Under the pieces are notes generated by a model. It did no database searches. It was not told the DNA's origin and worked only from the letters and a program-made list of their open reading frames with translations. The translations under genes and the position numbers were made by a program. Shown piece by piece: positions 28,701 to 43,700 of a stretch of 64,000 nt of DNA. The DNA comes from Convolutriloba macropyga (Eukaryota): the NCBI RefSeq assembly GCF_964194025.1, contig NC_134479.1:30442001-30506000 (forward strand). Direction: 5' to 3'. The stretch's first letter is position 1; each line of letters begins with the position of its first letter.

Positions 28701-31700
28701 ACAATTAACCACCTTCTCTTTCGTTTCAGAGCATTTCGGGCTACCGTAGTAGGTTATTTTTCGCATTTTTTCCTTCACAAACTTATTTTGTTCCTCTCTA
28801 AATTTATACAAAGCATTGGCTCCGTTCTTCGAGCTTTCTGCTAATTGAGCTATAGTTGTCACTCCAATAGGCTGCCATTTTCTTAATAATTATAATAATA
28901 AATGATATAATTGATATAATAATTCTATGATATAATTTCCTTGTATAATATTTTCAAGAAAAGTATTGTGGTGTGTATTTATTCCGGATCTACAACAACT
29001 CTTTATAAAATGAACATATTTTGAGTCGAAATTAAGTATATAATTTAGCAATTTTCATATTCCTGTTCCAATTCTCTTTGGCTTGATACCAGTAAACTCA
29101 TTGCTAGGCTTTAGTTTCTTACTTCATTCTTAACTTCAATTTTATGTTCTCGCCTAATTGTTTTGGTTAAAATTTTGAAAAGCTCTTGAATATGTAGCTC
29201 TTTCGCCAGGAAGATTCCATATTTTTCCCGTTCTTTTGCTGTTGACTGATGACTGTTTCCTGAAAATAAGTCGCGCAATTTGTTTGATTTTATTTTTGAT
29301 AAACTTCAGGCTTGTCGTGTTTGCAGCTCCCTAAATAAGTACTTACTGTAATACCGGTTGAACAAAAGAATTATATAATAAAACTAAGATTTCATCAATT
29401 ATATGTTTTTTGAAATCCTGCGACGCTATTTATGTTTTTTGAAATCCAATTGGTTGTCCAGTAAAGCGCCTAACTACTTTACTTTGTTGCTTTTTTTAAG
29501 GCTTGCATGGTTCATTCTTAGATCATTCATCATAGTTTTCACACCAAAGTTTAGATTAATTTTTTTTTCAACATTGAACGTCAGTTTATTATCGTTTAAG
29601 TAGAGGCCGATTTTGTCAATATCACGTTGAAAAAGAACTTCATTTGCATCTTCTTGTGGCTGCAGAGCAGTATCGTCGGCATAGAGTGTTATTGTGGAGC
29701 AGTTGAATTGTTGTCTGATGTAATTGACGTATATGATGAAAAGTAGTGGTCCTAAAACTGAACAATGGGGCAGGCCAAAAGTAACTGTTCTCGGACTTGT
29801 TTTTCCAGCAGCATATCTAAGACTTTGTTTTCTGTCAGATAACTTAGATTGCTTAATTTCAAGCATTGGGCCTCTCAAACAATTTTTATGAAGTAAGTTA
29901 TGATCAACTGTGTCAAATAGTTTTTTTCAAATCTAGAAACAACCCTATCGAGTACTTTGACTGGTTTTCCAAAGTGTCCCTAACGTTTTCAACAAAATGC
30001 GCTAAAGCATCAATTGTTCTTCTTTGTAGTCTGAAACCATATTGTATTGCGTCCAGGAGATCAAAAACTTCCAAAAAATTAGATATTTTGTTGTACAAGT
30101 ATGTTTCAAAGAGTTTTGCAACATTCGGAGGTCGAGAAATTGGTCTGAAGTTAGATGGTTCCTGGACATCACCACTTTTATGTACTGCTACTATGAAGGC
30201 TTCTTTCAAGCACGGTAGAAAACGTCTTTCATCGATGCACTTTTTGATCAATTTTTTTACTATTGGCACAATAACACATTCGAGTTTCTTCAGAAAAAAA
30301 ACTGTTTAATTCAAACAGTCTGTGCTATATTTGGTTTGCATTTTATTTGTTATTTCCCGTACTTCTAGCAAAGTGGCCCGGATTAGTCGCATTGATTGTA
30401 CACTTATGCTACGGCTTTTTGATATATTCTCTTTTTTAGACTCAAAATTTGATTTAAAAACTAAGAAAAATAGTCTATGAATTTATCAGCTGTTTCTTTA
30501 TTATTCCTATCTTGCGTTGCAAATTTGCCTTTTAGTCTACTAATGCAGTCAAAAAAATGTTTTGAGTTTTTCTGACCATCTGCATTTATTATTCGCTGGT
30601 AATACGTCTTTTTTCTTCTGATCATTTTTTGCAGCTTGCTGCGTAATGCAGTGAATTTGAGCTGATCGATTTTGTCTTTTGTTTTCAACACATTTATTCA
30701 ACAGAAACTTAAAATTTTTCATGGCTTCTTCACATTTTAATTGATTAAGGGTTAGTGCACACTTCTGTAATTCAGGTTGCATATAAAATTGAAGCTTAAT
30801 ATTTGCATTACGTCATTAAGCCTTGTCCATATTTTAATGATACGATCTTCAACCTTTTCTTTTCATAAATGATTGTTTTTGTTACGAGAATTGTTGATCA
30901 TTTTTTTTAGTATTGGCACAATAACACATTCGAGTTTCTTCAGAAAAGAACTGTTCAATTCAAGCAATCTGTGCTATATTTGGTTTGCATTTTATTTGTT
31001 ATTTCCCGTGCTTCTAGCCAAGTGGCCCGGGTTAGTCGCATTGATTGTACAATACTACGGCTTTTTGATATATTCTCTTTTTTAGACTCAAAATTTGATT
31101 TAAAAAGTGTTTACCAACTGAAGAAAAATAGTCTATGAATTTATCAGCTGTTTCTTTATTATTCCTATCTTGCGTTGCAAATTTGCTCAAATTCACATTC
31201 GAGTTTCTTCAGAAAAGAACTGTTCAATTCAAACAATCTGTGCTATATTTGGTTTGCATTTTATTTGTTATTTCCCGTACTTCTAGCAAAGTGGCCCGGG
31301 TTAGTCGCATTGATTGTACACTTATACTACGGCTTTTTGATATATTCTCTTTTCTAGACTCAAAGTTTGATTTAAAAAGTGTTTAGCAACTGAAGAAAAA
31401 TAGTCTATGAATTTATCAGCTGTTTCTTTATTATTCCTATCTTGCGTTGCAAATTTGCCTTTTAGTCTACTAATGCAATCAAAAAAATCTGAGTTTTTCT
31501 GACCATCTGCATTTATTAATTGCTGGTAATACTTCTCTTTTCTTCTGATAATTTTTTGCAGCTTGTTGCGTAATGCAGTGAATATGAGCTGATCGATTTT
31601 GTCTTTTGTTCTCATAAATTTTTGGTTTTGTTGTCGTTTTTTGTTTTATCTTGTTGTCAACCCACAATTTATTTTTTGTACCTTTACAAATTTTCGTAGG

Positions 31701-34700
31701 AACAAGTTTTTTTAACACATTTATTCAACAGAAACTGAAAATTTTTCATGGCTTCTTCACAACTTAATTGATCAAGGGTTAGTGCACACTTCTGTAATTC
31801 AGGTTGCACATAAAATTGAAGCTTAATATTTGCATTACGTCATTAAGCTTTGTCCATATTTTAATGATACGATCTTCAACTTTTTCTTTTTCTAAATGAT
31901 TGTTTTTGTTCCGAGAATTCAAAAAAGAGCGCATAATGATCTGTTAGCGTAGTTGGTGACACTTTCGAATCATTTTTAACGTTGGAATACACGACATCAC
32001 TACAAGAATTACTAGTCTTTGTTTCTCTAGTGCAGTTCGCATTTTCTACATAATGCAGATAAAAAGACGAAACGGTGTGACCACATATATTAAAATCCCC
32101 ACATATAACCGACATATAGTCTTCCGGAAGAACACTTTTCTCAAAATGGTTTCCTAAGCTTGTGCTTAGTTTTCGTTGGTCGTGTTTGGTTTGACGTATA
32201 TTGTAGTTAAAAAACATTAAAATTATTATAGCAAAATTTCAGTGACAAAATTTGACACTCATTGCTGGTGTGTTTGCTTACTGTTTCGAACCTTATTTTG
32301 TTTTTCAAAAAAATACCAACTCCTCTAATTTTTTTACCCCTGCTGACAGTGACAATTTTTTGTCTAGTCCATGTAGTGACCGTCTAGTTGCAAACAAGCT
32401 GTGTCATACTCTTCATTTATCCAGGGTTATGTTAGGCAGACGTTGCAAACAAGCTGTGTCATAATCTGCTTTTATCCAGGGTTATGTTAGGCAGACGGCT
32501 AAGGGTAAACTTTCTAAACTGTTTACTAGAATTTCTTCATGATTTGTTCAATGCGAGTATTGGAATCAAAGACGTTGAATTTTCTATTGTCTTAGTGGTA
32601 AAATTATCAAACGAGTTTTTGTAACTCGTTACCTTCAGAAATGTGCATCAATTTATGTGAAAAAATTAACTTGATTGTTTTTCGTGCGAGCTAAAAATGC
32701 CAGTGCTTTTCCGTCAGTTAATCAATGTTGTAATTTCTGTAATAATAAAATCTGATATGAACGATGAAATGGTTTTTGTAAATTTGTAGATTACTTTAAG
32801 AATTTTTTTGATTCTCTTTACTCGAGTATAAAATGCTTATCCCATCTGCGAAATTTTCCGACATGGTTCGGAATCTTATTGATGACACAGTACTGTTATT
32901 CGCTATAAGCAATTATTTTAGGTGAAAAATGTTTATTAATCATCAAGTATTAGCGCCTGGCAAAACTATAAAACATCAAATATGATTGATAAAAATTGAA
33001 TCATTAGTAATGCTGCATGACCATTTTTTATGGTTTCAGGTAATGAGGTAAGTATTAAGCAGATGACCTTGAGGAACTTCAAAGCATAGAATATTCGTCT
33101 TGTAAACAAATCGAAAAATGTCCCATGTGAAGAACATTTTTGTTCTTACATTATCGGCTGAAGCAAGTTTTCCATTTTCACTGGCCTACATAGCCTAGCT
33201 TTCTGCTGCAGGAAGGGGGAGGAAACATTTTAGAAAGCGGTTTGTAGCCGAGGCCCATATTCGGCGCATATCCATCGTTTTTCTCTGCAAATAACGTGTC
33301 GTTTGAACCAGTCGTAAGTGATCAAAAATACCAAATTGTGTCCATGAACAGAGTAGAAACTGTCCGACATTCCCAGATAGTTAGGTCTATGTACAATAGT
33401 GATGTCCATTCGATGTTTGAGATTTGATCGAAATCATACATTGGCACGAACTTACTTCACGCCCTTAAGCTAAGCTAAGCTGACATACCCAATTATAATG
33501 TCATGCAGCGACACCTTTATTGTTCCGACCCCCACTTTAGTGGGGAGGGAGGAACTAAATACTCAACTGGGTTTTTTTGGTTCAGTCAATATTGGCCGAT
33601 CGATATATTCATCGTAGAGAATTTTGAGTAGTATCATTGAAAAGCTCGTCCAGCGTAGAATACGGAATTAAAAATATGTTTTCGATTTTCGTTTTTTACA
33701 GGAACTTATCGAGGTTTAAAGTTTTGTGAACATTCGGCTGTTTATGTTCACATTTTCAGTATTTTTTGCTAAAATTTGACACAATTTCGCTAATTTAATT
33801 CAAAATAAAATAACATTTTTAACGGCAGAGTGTTGTTGTTACCGTTAGAGATAGAAGAGCGTTGCTGAATTGTTTGATTGAAGTTTATTTTGGCTAAAAA
33901 TTTTTGATTTTCAAAATTCAAACTTTCATCAAAAATAGCACAAAATATGCTTTTTTGGTCCACTGTTAAAGTTTGCCAGAGTTAGTGACCTAGAAACCTT
34001 AAAACAGACTCCCTAATCTCAAAAAGAGCGCTAGTTTCAATTAGGCGCCGTATGAAAGTCTTCTGAAAATGCATCGTTCTTTTTTATATATTTTAAGAAG
34101 TCCACGCAACCATTGGTCTAATTCGCAAACACTTGCAACACTTGGTCGGTTTGCTGGGCGCGCGACCAAATCAGGGAAAGGTTCGACAATATGGATTCTT
34201 AGAATCAGAGGCGTTTTGTTTTTTTTTTCAAAAAATTTTGCTTTTGTTTTTTAATGTTAAGTACTGACAATATGTTTTATTGATGGCTCATTTATTGACA
34301 GCTCCAATTTTGCGTAAATTTGAGGCCGAATGTAGATACAGTTTGTTTTCAGAGAACCAAAGGGTTTTTATGGCTTTGAGGAAGAGTTTCAGTAAAATTT
34401 AACTGAATTCTTGTCCTTGGCATTCAATTGTTACTCTTTTGGCAGTCTGATTTTTAAGTTTAACCACCCAAAGATCTCATTTTTCTCTCAAGAGGTGCAA
34501 GTGAAACTTTTCTATTCATTCGGTTGTTACCTAATGTTTCTTTTGTTCTTGAATGTATTTGTTTTAAGAAAATTTGGTGATTTTTTGAACTTGTCAATTT
34601 TTTATATTATTTTAGTCAACATTTTGCCTATTCGCAGTAAATTCAGGTTAACCTTTCATCCGTGTAGAATACAAACTAATTTTGTGGCCGATTGTTTTAA

Positions 34701-37700
34701 TAGAAGATTTTCTTGCTTTTGGTACTACGAGTTTTCATGCAAAATTTTCTGATTTTTGTTCATAATTTGCCATTTTTGCTGTTGTCTTTGTTTCTTTTGT
34801 AAATTGTAACATTATTTAACAATCTAACTGTAAAAAACCTAGCAACATTTGAAATTGAACATTTTTGTTCATAACATATGGTTTGAAGGGCTGCGACACC
34901 GTTCTCTTGCAGAAATTGGTAGTTTTCTATTTTCGTTTTGTTGTTAATTTTTGTTGTCATATGCCAAATATTGTGTAATTAAAGGTCTCAGTGGCCAACT
35001 ATAGACAAAACAAATGAACTTAATAAACGATATCGGTATATAGCTAGTGGTTGTTTTGACTTGCGATTTGAATTTCTAAAAAAAAGAGTAATCGTTTTCT
35101 TCAACTTAAACCTTTTTGTTCTGGTTTGCGTTTTTCGTATTTTACAATGTATCATTTTCGTAAATTAGCCTCATTCTTTATAGCTCTTTTTAATGTTTTG
35201 TTGAATCACACAATAATTTTTCTGTTGTTTAAACGTCTTCGGGGCTTAGACAATTTGTTTCAGAAGAATTTTGTGAAGTTTAGATACTTTTCAGTTTTTG
35301 TGGTTCTTTTGTTGTCATTTTCTGATAGGCGTTTTACAAAAAGAGGTTATGATGGTCAAAGGAGACGCAAATGAAGATGTTATATTCTCGCGGTTAATAT
35401 CTTAGAAATTTAACGGCTTCAAAACTGGGGTTTCGTAAAGTTGTTTGTGAAACTTATTAGATCAGCTTGTATTGAATGTTATTTTATAGTGTTATGATTT
35501 TGTCTCATTAATAACAGTCGCAATTAATTTTCCGAGGAGTCGCAAGACAAACTGTCTACTCTTTTAGTCGAAAGCTTTTGTTGGCTATGAATTTCGAAAA
35601 TATTTGTTTTTAATAAAAAAAGATAGATTTTGAGATCTGCCAATTTTATTTCTGTCAAATTGTAGCTAAGCATCTCTATATACAATTCACATTATATATC
35701 TATTGAAATACAATTTGCTCTTCATAACGGTTTTCTTTTCCTCAAGTAATCTTTCTTCTTGGAACAACCAGTTTTCATAAAACCAATTATCATGATTTTT
35801 GCATATTTGCCCCTTTTTTGTAGGTCTTTGTTTTCTTTTCATAGTATCACAATAATGGGTGTAATTTGATTTACAAATGTTGCTACCTTCAGAAAATGCA
35901 AACGAAGACTTTTATTGTTTTTAGTGATCAGCTTAATATTTAATTGATTGGGGGACATCGTTTTCGTGCATTATTTTTCGTGCAATTTTTTAGTTTTTGT
36001 CTGTATTTGCCGTTCTTTTTTGTAGTCGTATGACATATCCTGGATCATGAAAGGCCTCAGTCGCTCTCTATTGAGGTATAAATGACTCTCTCAATGATTT
36101 CATTCGATGCGTTATGTTTCTAATCAGTTCGAATTTAATTCTTTTTTTTAAAGAGTTTTGGTCGTAATTAATATTTGTGACTATTTGATTTTTATTGCCG
36201 TCTTTTCTGGTAGTCATATAATGGTAGCCACAGGTCTCATAGGCCCTCTAGAGTAGATTGTTTTATTGTTTTAGTAGTTTGTTGAACGATATGTTGATAT
36301 GTTAATTTTTTTGATACGATCTTCAACTTTTTCTTTTTCTAAATGATTGTTTTTGTTCCGAGAATTCAAAAAAGAGCGCATAATGATCTGTTAGCGTAGT
36401 TGGTGACACTTTCGAATCATTTTTAACGTTGGAATACACGACATCACTACAAGAATTACTAGTCTTTGTTTCTCTAGTGCAGTTCGCATTTTCTACATAA
36501 TGCAGATAAAAAGACGAAACGGTGTGACCACATATATTAAAATCCCCACATATAACCGACATATAGTCTTCCGGAAGAACACTTTTCTCAAAATGGTTTC
36601 CTAAGCTTGTGCTTAGTTTTCGTTGGTCGTGTTTGGTTTGACGTATATTGTAGTTAAAAAACATTAAAATTATTATAGCAAAATTTCAGTGACAAAATTT
36701 GACACTCATTGCTGGTGTGTTTGCTTACTGTTTCGAACCTTATTTTGTTTTTCAAAAAAATACCAACTCCTCTAATTTTTTTACCCCTGCTGACAGTGAC
36801 AATTTTTTGTCTAGTCCATGTAGTGACCGTCTAGTTGCAAACAAGCTGTGTCATACTCTTCATTTATCCAGGGTTATGTTAGGCAGACGTTGCAAACAAG
36901 CTGTGTCATAATCTGCTTTTATCCAGGGTTATGTTAGGCAGACGGCTAAGGGTAAACTTTCTAAACTGTTTACTAGAATTTCTTCATGATTTGTTCAATG
37001 CGAGTATTGGAATCAAAGACGTTGAATTTTCTATTGTCTTAGTGGTAAAATTATCAAACGAGTTTTTGTAACTCGTTACCTTCAGAAATGTGCATCAATT
37101 TATGTGAAAAAATTAACTTGATTGTTTTTCGTGCGAGCTAAAAATGCCAGTGCTTTTCCGTCAGTTAATCAATGTTGTAATTTCTGTAATAATAAAATCT
37201 GATATGAACGATGAAATGGTTTTTGTAAATTTGTAGATTACTTTAAGAATTTTTTTGATTCTCTTTACTCGAGTATAAAATGCTTATCCCATCTGCGAAA
37301 TTTTCCGACATGGTTCGGAATCTTATTGATGACACAGTACTGTTATTCGCTATAAGCAATTATTTTAGGTGAAAAATGTTTATTAATCATCAAGTATTAG
37401 CGCCTGGCAAAACTATAAAACATCAAATATGATTGATAAAAATTGAATCATTAGTAATGCTGCATGACCATTTTTTATGGTTTCAGGTAATGAGGTAAGT
37501 ATTAAGCAGATGACCTTGAGGAACTTCAAAGCATAGAATATTCGTCTTGTAAACAAATCGAAAAATGTCCCATGTGAAGAACATTTTTGTTCTTACATTA
37601 TCGGCTGAAGCAAGTTTTCCATTTTCACTGGCCTACATAGCCTAGCTTTCTGCTGCAGGAAGGGGGAGGAAACATTTTAGAAAGCGGTTTGTAGCCGAGG

Positions 37701-40700
37701 CCCATATTCGGCGCATATCCATCGTTTTTCTCTGCAAATAACGTGTCGTTTGAACCAGTCGTAAGTGATCAAAAATACCAAATTGTGTCCATGAACAGAG
37801 TAGAAACTGTCCGACATTCCCAGATAGTTAGGTCTATGTACAATAGTGATGTCCATTCGATGTTTGAGATTTGATCGAAATCATACATTGGCACGAACTT
37901 ACTTCACGCCCTTAAGCTAAGCTAAGCTGACATACCCAATTATAATGTCATGCAGCGACACCTTTATTGTTCCGACCCCCACTTTAGTGGGGAGGGAGGA
38001 ACTAAATACTCAACTGGGTTTTTTTGGTTCAGTCAATATTGGCCGATCGATATATTCATCGTAGAGAATTTTGAGTAGTATCATTGAAAAGCTCGTCCAG
38101 CGTAGAATACGGAATTAAAAATATGTTTTCGATTTTCGTTTTTTACAGGAACTTATCGAGGTTTAAAGTTTTGTGAACATTCGGCTGTTTATGTTCACAT
38201 TTTCAGTATTTTTTGCTAAAATTTGACACAATTTCGCTAATTTAATTCAAAATAAAATAACATTTTTAACGGCAGAGTGTTGTTGTTACCGTTAGAGATA
38301 GAAGAGCGTTGCTGAATTGTTTGATTGAAGTTTATTTTGGCTAAAAATTTTTGATTTTCAAAATTCAAACTTTCATCAAAAATAGCACAAAATATGCTTT
38401 TTTGGTCCACTGTTAAAGTTTGCCAGAGTTAGTGACCTAGAAACCTTAAAACAGACTCCCTAATCTCAAAAAGAGCGCTAGTTTCAATTAGGCGCCGTAT
38501 GAAAGTCTTCTGAAAATGCATCGTTCTTTTTTATATATTTTAAGAAGTCCACGCAACCATTGGTCTAATTCGCAAACACTTGCAACACTTGGTCGGTTTG
38601 CTGGGCGCGCGACCAAATCAGGGAAAGGTTCGACAATATGGATTCTTAGAATCAGAGGCGTTTTGTTTTTTTTTTCAAAAAATTTTGCTTTTGTTTTTTA
38701 ATGTTAAGTACTGACAATATGTTTTATTGATGGCTCATTTATTGACAGCTCCAATTTTGCGTAAATTTGAGGCCGAATGTAGATACGGTTTGTTTTCAGA
38801 GAACCAAAGGGTTTTTATGGCTTTGAGGAAGAGTTTCAGTAAAATTTAACTGAATTCTTGTCCTTGGCATTCAATTGTTACTCTTTTGGCAGTCTGATTT
38901 TTAAGTTTAACCACCCAAAGATCTCATTTTTCTCTCAAGAGGTGCAAGTGAAACTTTTCTATTCATTCGGTTGTTACCTAATGTTTCTTTTGTTCTTGAA
39001 TGTATTTGTTTTAAGAAAATTTGGTGATTTTTTGAACTTGTCAATTTTTTATATTATTTTAGTCAACATTTTGCCTATTCGCAGTAAATTCAGGTTAACC
39101 TTTCATCCGTGTAGAATACAAACTAATTTTGTGGCCGATTGTTTTAATAGAAGATTTTCTTGCTTTTGGTACTACGAGTTTTCATGCAAAATTTTCTGAT
39201 TTTTGTTCATAATTTGCCATTTTTGCTGTTGTCTTTGTTTCTTTTGTAAATTGTAACATTATTTAACAATCTAACTGTAAAAAACCTAGCAACATTTGAA
39301 ATTGAACATTTTTGTTCATAACATATGGTTTGAAGGGCTGCGACACCGTTCTCTTGCAGAAATTGGTAGTTTTCTATTTTCGTTTTGTTGTTAATTTTTG
39401 TTGTCATATGCCAAATATTGTGTAATTAAAGGTCTCAGTGGCCAACTATAGACAAAACAAATGAACTTAATAAACGATATCGGTATATAGCTAGTGGTTG
39501 TTTTGACTTGCGATTTGAATTTCTAAAAAAAAGAGTAATCGTTTTCTTCAACTTAAACCTTTTTGTTCTGGTTTGCGTTTTTCGTATTTTACAATGTATC
39601 ATTTTCGTAAATTAGCCTCATTCTTTATAGCTCTTTTTAATGTTTTGTTGAATCACACAATAATTTTTCTGTTGTTTAAACGTCTTCGGGGCTTAGACAA
39701 TTTGTTTCAGAAGAATTTTGTGAAGTTTAGATACTTTTCAGTTTTTGTGGTTCTTTTGTTGTCATTTTCTGATAGGCGTTTTACAAAAAGAGGTTATGAT
39801 GGTCAAAGGAGACGCAAATGAAGATGTTATATTCTCGCGGTTAATATCTTAGAAATTTAACGGCTTCAAAACTGGGGTTTCGTAAAGTTGTTTGTGAAAC
39901 TTATTAGATCAGCTTGTATTGAATGTTATTTTATAGTGTTATGATTTTGTCTCATTAATAACAGTCGCAATTAATTTTCCGAGGAGTCGCAAGACAAACT
40001 GTCTACTCTTTTAGTCGAAAGCTTTTGTTGGCTATGAATTTCGAAAATATTTGTTTTTAATAAAAAAAGATAGATTTTGAGATCTGCCAATTTTATTTCT
40101 GTCAAATTGTAGCTAAGCATCTCTATATACAATTCACATTATATATCTATTGAAATACAATTTGCTCTTCATAACGGTTTTCTTTTCCTCAAGTAATCTT
40201 TCTTCTTGGAACAACCAGTTTTCATAAAACCAATTATCATGATTTTTGCATATTTGCCCCTTTTTTGTAGGTCTTTGTTTTCTTTTCATAGTATCACAAT
40301 AATGGGTGTAATTTGATTTACAAATGTTGCTACCTTCAGAAAATGCAAACGAAGACTTTTATTGTTTTTAGTGATCAGCTTAATATTTAATTGATTGGGG
40401 GACATCGTTTTCGTGCATTATTTTTCGTGCAATTTTTTAGTTTTTGTCTGTATTTGCCGTTCTTTTTTGTAGTCGTATGACATATCCTGGATCATGAAAG
40501 GCCTCAGTCGCTCTCTATTGAGGTATAAATGACTCTCTCAATGATTTCATTCGATGCGTTATGTTTCTAATCAGTTCGAATTTAATTCTTTTTTTTAAAG
40601 AGTTTTGGTCGTAATTAATATTTGTGACTATTTGATTTTTATTGCCGTCTTTTCTGGTAGTCATATAATGGTAGCCACAGGTCTCATAGGCCCTCTAGAG

Positions 40701-43700
40701 TAGATTGTTTTATTGTTTTAGTAGTTTGTTGAACGATATGTTGATATGTTAATTTTTTTTTATCTCTTACTCATTTGGTAGACAATTAAGTGAAAAATGT
40801 AGATGAGCGGGGTCGGAACTTAATGTGCGAACGCACATTACCGAGCCTCCTTGTTTAACTTATAAATACCTTTGAATGCGTTTCAAGTGAAAACTCGAGT
40901 CTTTGTGTTGTGCTAAGAATTTTCGGGAATCGTTCCTAGAGAAAAGGGTAGATATTTTTGAAACTAACTGCTTCTAAGAAGCTCCGCCTACTTTTGTTTC
41001 CAGTTTTTGTTGGTTCAAGAAGTAAGCTTCAGGTTGATGAGTCTACTTGTTCAAAAATAACCGGATGATGATTTTTGAAACAAATTTTGCGCTCTAATTT
41101 TGGAGAAATCTGCTCGCTGTCTTGGTAATTTTAATTTTTTGGACAATTACAGCGATCCACCGTTTTCATCTTTGTGTTTTTATTGTTTATTATGTTGCAT
41201 GTTTTCCTGTTTTATTGTCATGGACATCACTGTAAAATTGGCAATGTATGCAGTGAATTCTTGTTCACACCCACATCTTCTGCGACATATTTCAACTGGC
41301 CAGTTCCAAAGCCGACTGCTGTAATTCGGCTGCGTCCGCACTTGTCCAAACCAACACTCACGTAGTTCAGCTTTGTTTTCGTAGCTGATGTAAAGTCGGT
41401 AGCTCAAAATTGTCAAGAGTTTTGGTTGACAAACTTCTCGTTAATAAAGTCTTTATTGCAATTAAACAGATATTTTTTGTTTTCAAAAACGCTTGGAAAT
41501 AATTTCAATTGATCAATTGCTCTCGAACGAAGGTGAAGTTTGAAGTAATTCCTGTAGTCATGCAGGAAAGCTTTATTAATCAATTTCAGTTTTTGAATTG
41601 TCTAGCTGATCTAAATTGTTCTTGTTCGCAAATTTAAGCTGTTGCACTATTAACAATTACATTAGAAGTCCAAAATTGTTGTTTTAACCTTTAATAAGCT
41701 CCAATTACGTCTTTTGAAGCCCCATGATAATTTATTACCCTCCCTTTGCTGAAGAAGAGGGGCCTGTAGCTTCAACATGCTTAAATAGAATCGAGGCCTG
41801 CCTGTCGCTCGAGAGCAGTCGTCTGATAATAATCGGTTATTTTGACAACTAAGAACAATTTTCCGCATCTATTTGGAGAAATGTATCTTTGTTAACAGCC
41901 GCTATCATCTACTCAAACGGTTATTAATTTTGTTTAAAATCTCTGAATTTGTTTCAGTATTTATCAATGGAACTGTAACGTTTTATGCTGAGATGATTGA
42001 ATTTAAGTATTTCTTCTTTTGGTTTGAAAACCTCGTTCTTTTGGTTTGATTTGTCTGTCCACCATTGAGGCATATTCAATTAACCTCTAATGTAGTATTC
42101 AATTGGAGATAGTCCTTTGTTTCTGCCATTTTCGATGAACAGCTGGGTTTGAAAACTGCAACACTTGACAATAGAATTTGAAAGGTCGTAGCTGTTTTCG
42201 TTTCCAAGTGCGAACCAGTTGAAATGTTCATAATTTCTGCTTATAATAATCTCGAAGACTGTACTGTATCTAAAAGAGGTCAAGCATGCCTTTTAGAAGT
42301 GTGTTGAAAGACGATGTTTCTAGCAATAGTAATAGGTAATATTTTATAGTATATTTAATAGTCACTTCAATGCAGTTTTAACATTTAAAATTTTCATTTT
42401 AGATCCATTTTTTGAGGATTATTAAAAAGTTACTGGACAAATCAATTTAACCTAAACGGCTGTTTTTCAACATTATTCGTTTTTAACTTTTTGATTATTA
42501 GTTACTTTCATTTGAAATAGAATGAAAAACTAATTAGAATCGCCAAAAATTATAACCTCGGTCTGTTTGCTCTTATAGTTTTATGTTCATGGTTGCTGGG
42601 CGTGATATGAATCTATCGCAACCAAACATAAGAATTTATTTAACGTTTGCATGTCAAGACGAAATTTGGTGAATGAAATGCCGATCGAGTTGCCAATCCG
42701 AATTGAGAAAAGTTGTCTCAACCCTCCGTGGTGACAAGTTCAACCTTTAACTGAACCGGTCGTTGTTCGATACCCCTCCCCAGGGGGGTCTATAATTGTA
42801 TAATTTTTACCTGTCTTGCCATTTGTATTGTCTCTGGTTGTTCTCGACAAGATATCCATACAGGCAGAAGTTTGTGCTGAGCATTGCACATCTTCTATTC
42901 AACTCATTGCCATTTTTGTCAGAGAGAATGAACACTGAAGTTCAGTTGCAATAAATATACCAGGGGAAGTGTTAACAGTGGTTGCCAAGTAAATGGAGTC
43001 GAATATATTCTTGTGCATTAAGATTCCTATGCATTTGGTAGATTGAGTAGTTTGAACATATTGGTTAGCAAGATATATAAAGTAACTTTCAATTTTATCC
43101 CGAACTTATTTGGCGTGATATGTGGCGTGATAGCCGAGAGGTAAGGTGTGTGGGTCACACGCCAATAATTGAGAGTTCAATCCCCTGCCTCCGTGAAGCT
43201 TTCTGTGTAAGGATGAGCTCTTACTTAACCATAGCTTCAGGTTGACCATAGCCTGACCAATGTTGGCTGCAATGATGGTACCACGTGAAAGTTTCAGACG
43301 CAAAAAAAGTGGCTAAAGCCACCAAAAAAAGAGCAATGCTGCTCATAAAAAGAACAGTCTGAAATGTGGGGAATAATAAGAAAAAGGGCAGCTGAAAACA
43401 GGCTACTGTAGGCCTAATGCTGTTCCACTGCGATTACGCAGAAACCACAATTAATTATTGTTGGCTGAATGTTTGAGATGACCAATTTTTTTGTTAGCTC
43501 AACGTCATTATGGTACAGAGATTTTGCTTCCGCCTCCACTAAATATAATTATAGCATATAAATATATAAAATATAAATATAGCATATAAATATATAAAAT
43601 ATAAATATAGCATATAAATATATAAAATATAGATATAGCATATAAATAAAATTATAGCATATAAATATAACCTATTTTTGGTTTGAAATGGTAAGTCTTC

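Noticed and set aside
43123-43200. Functional tRNA gene
   Set aside because: A and B boxes are present but the acceptor and anticodon stems do not pair properly, and a body plus A tail follows, as in a SINE.
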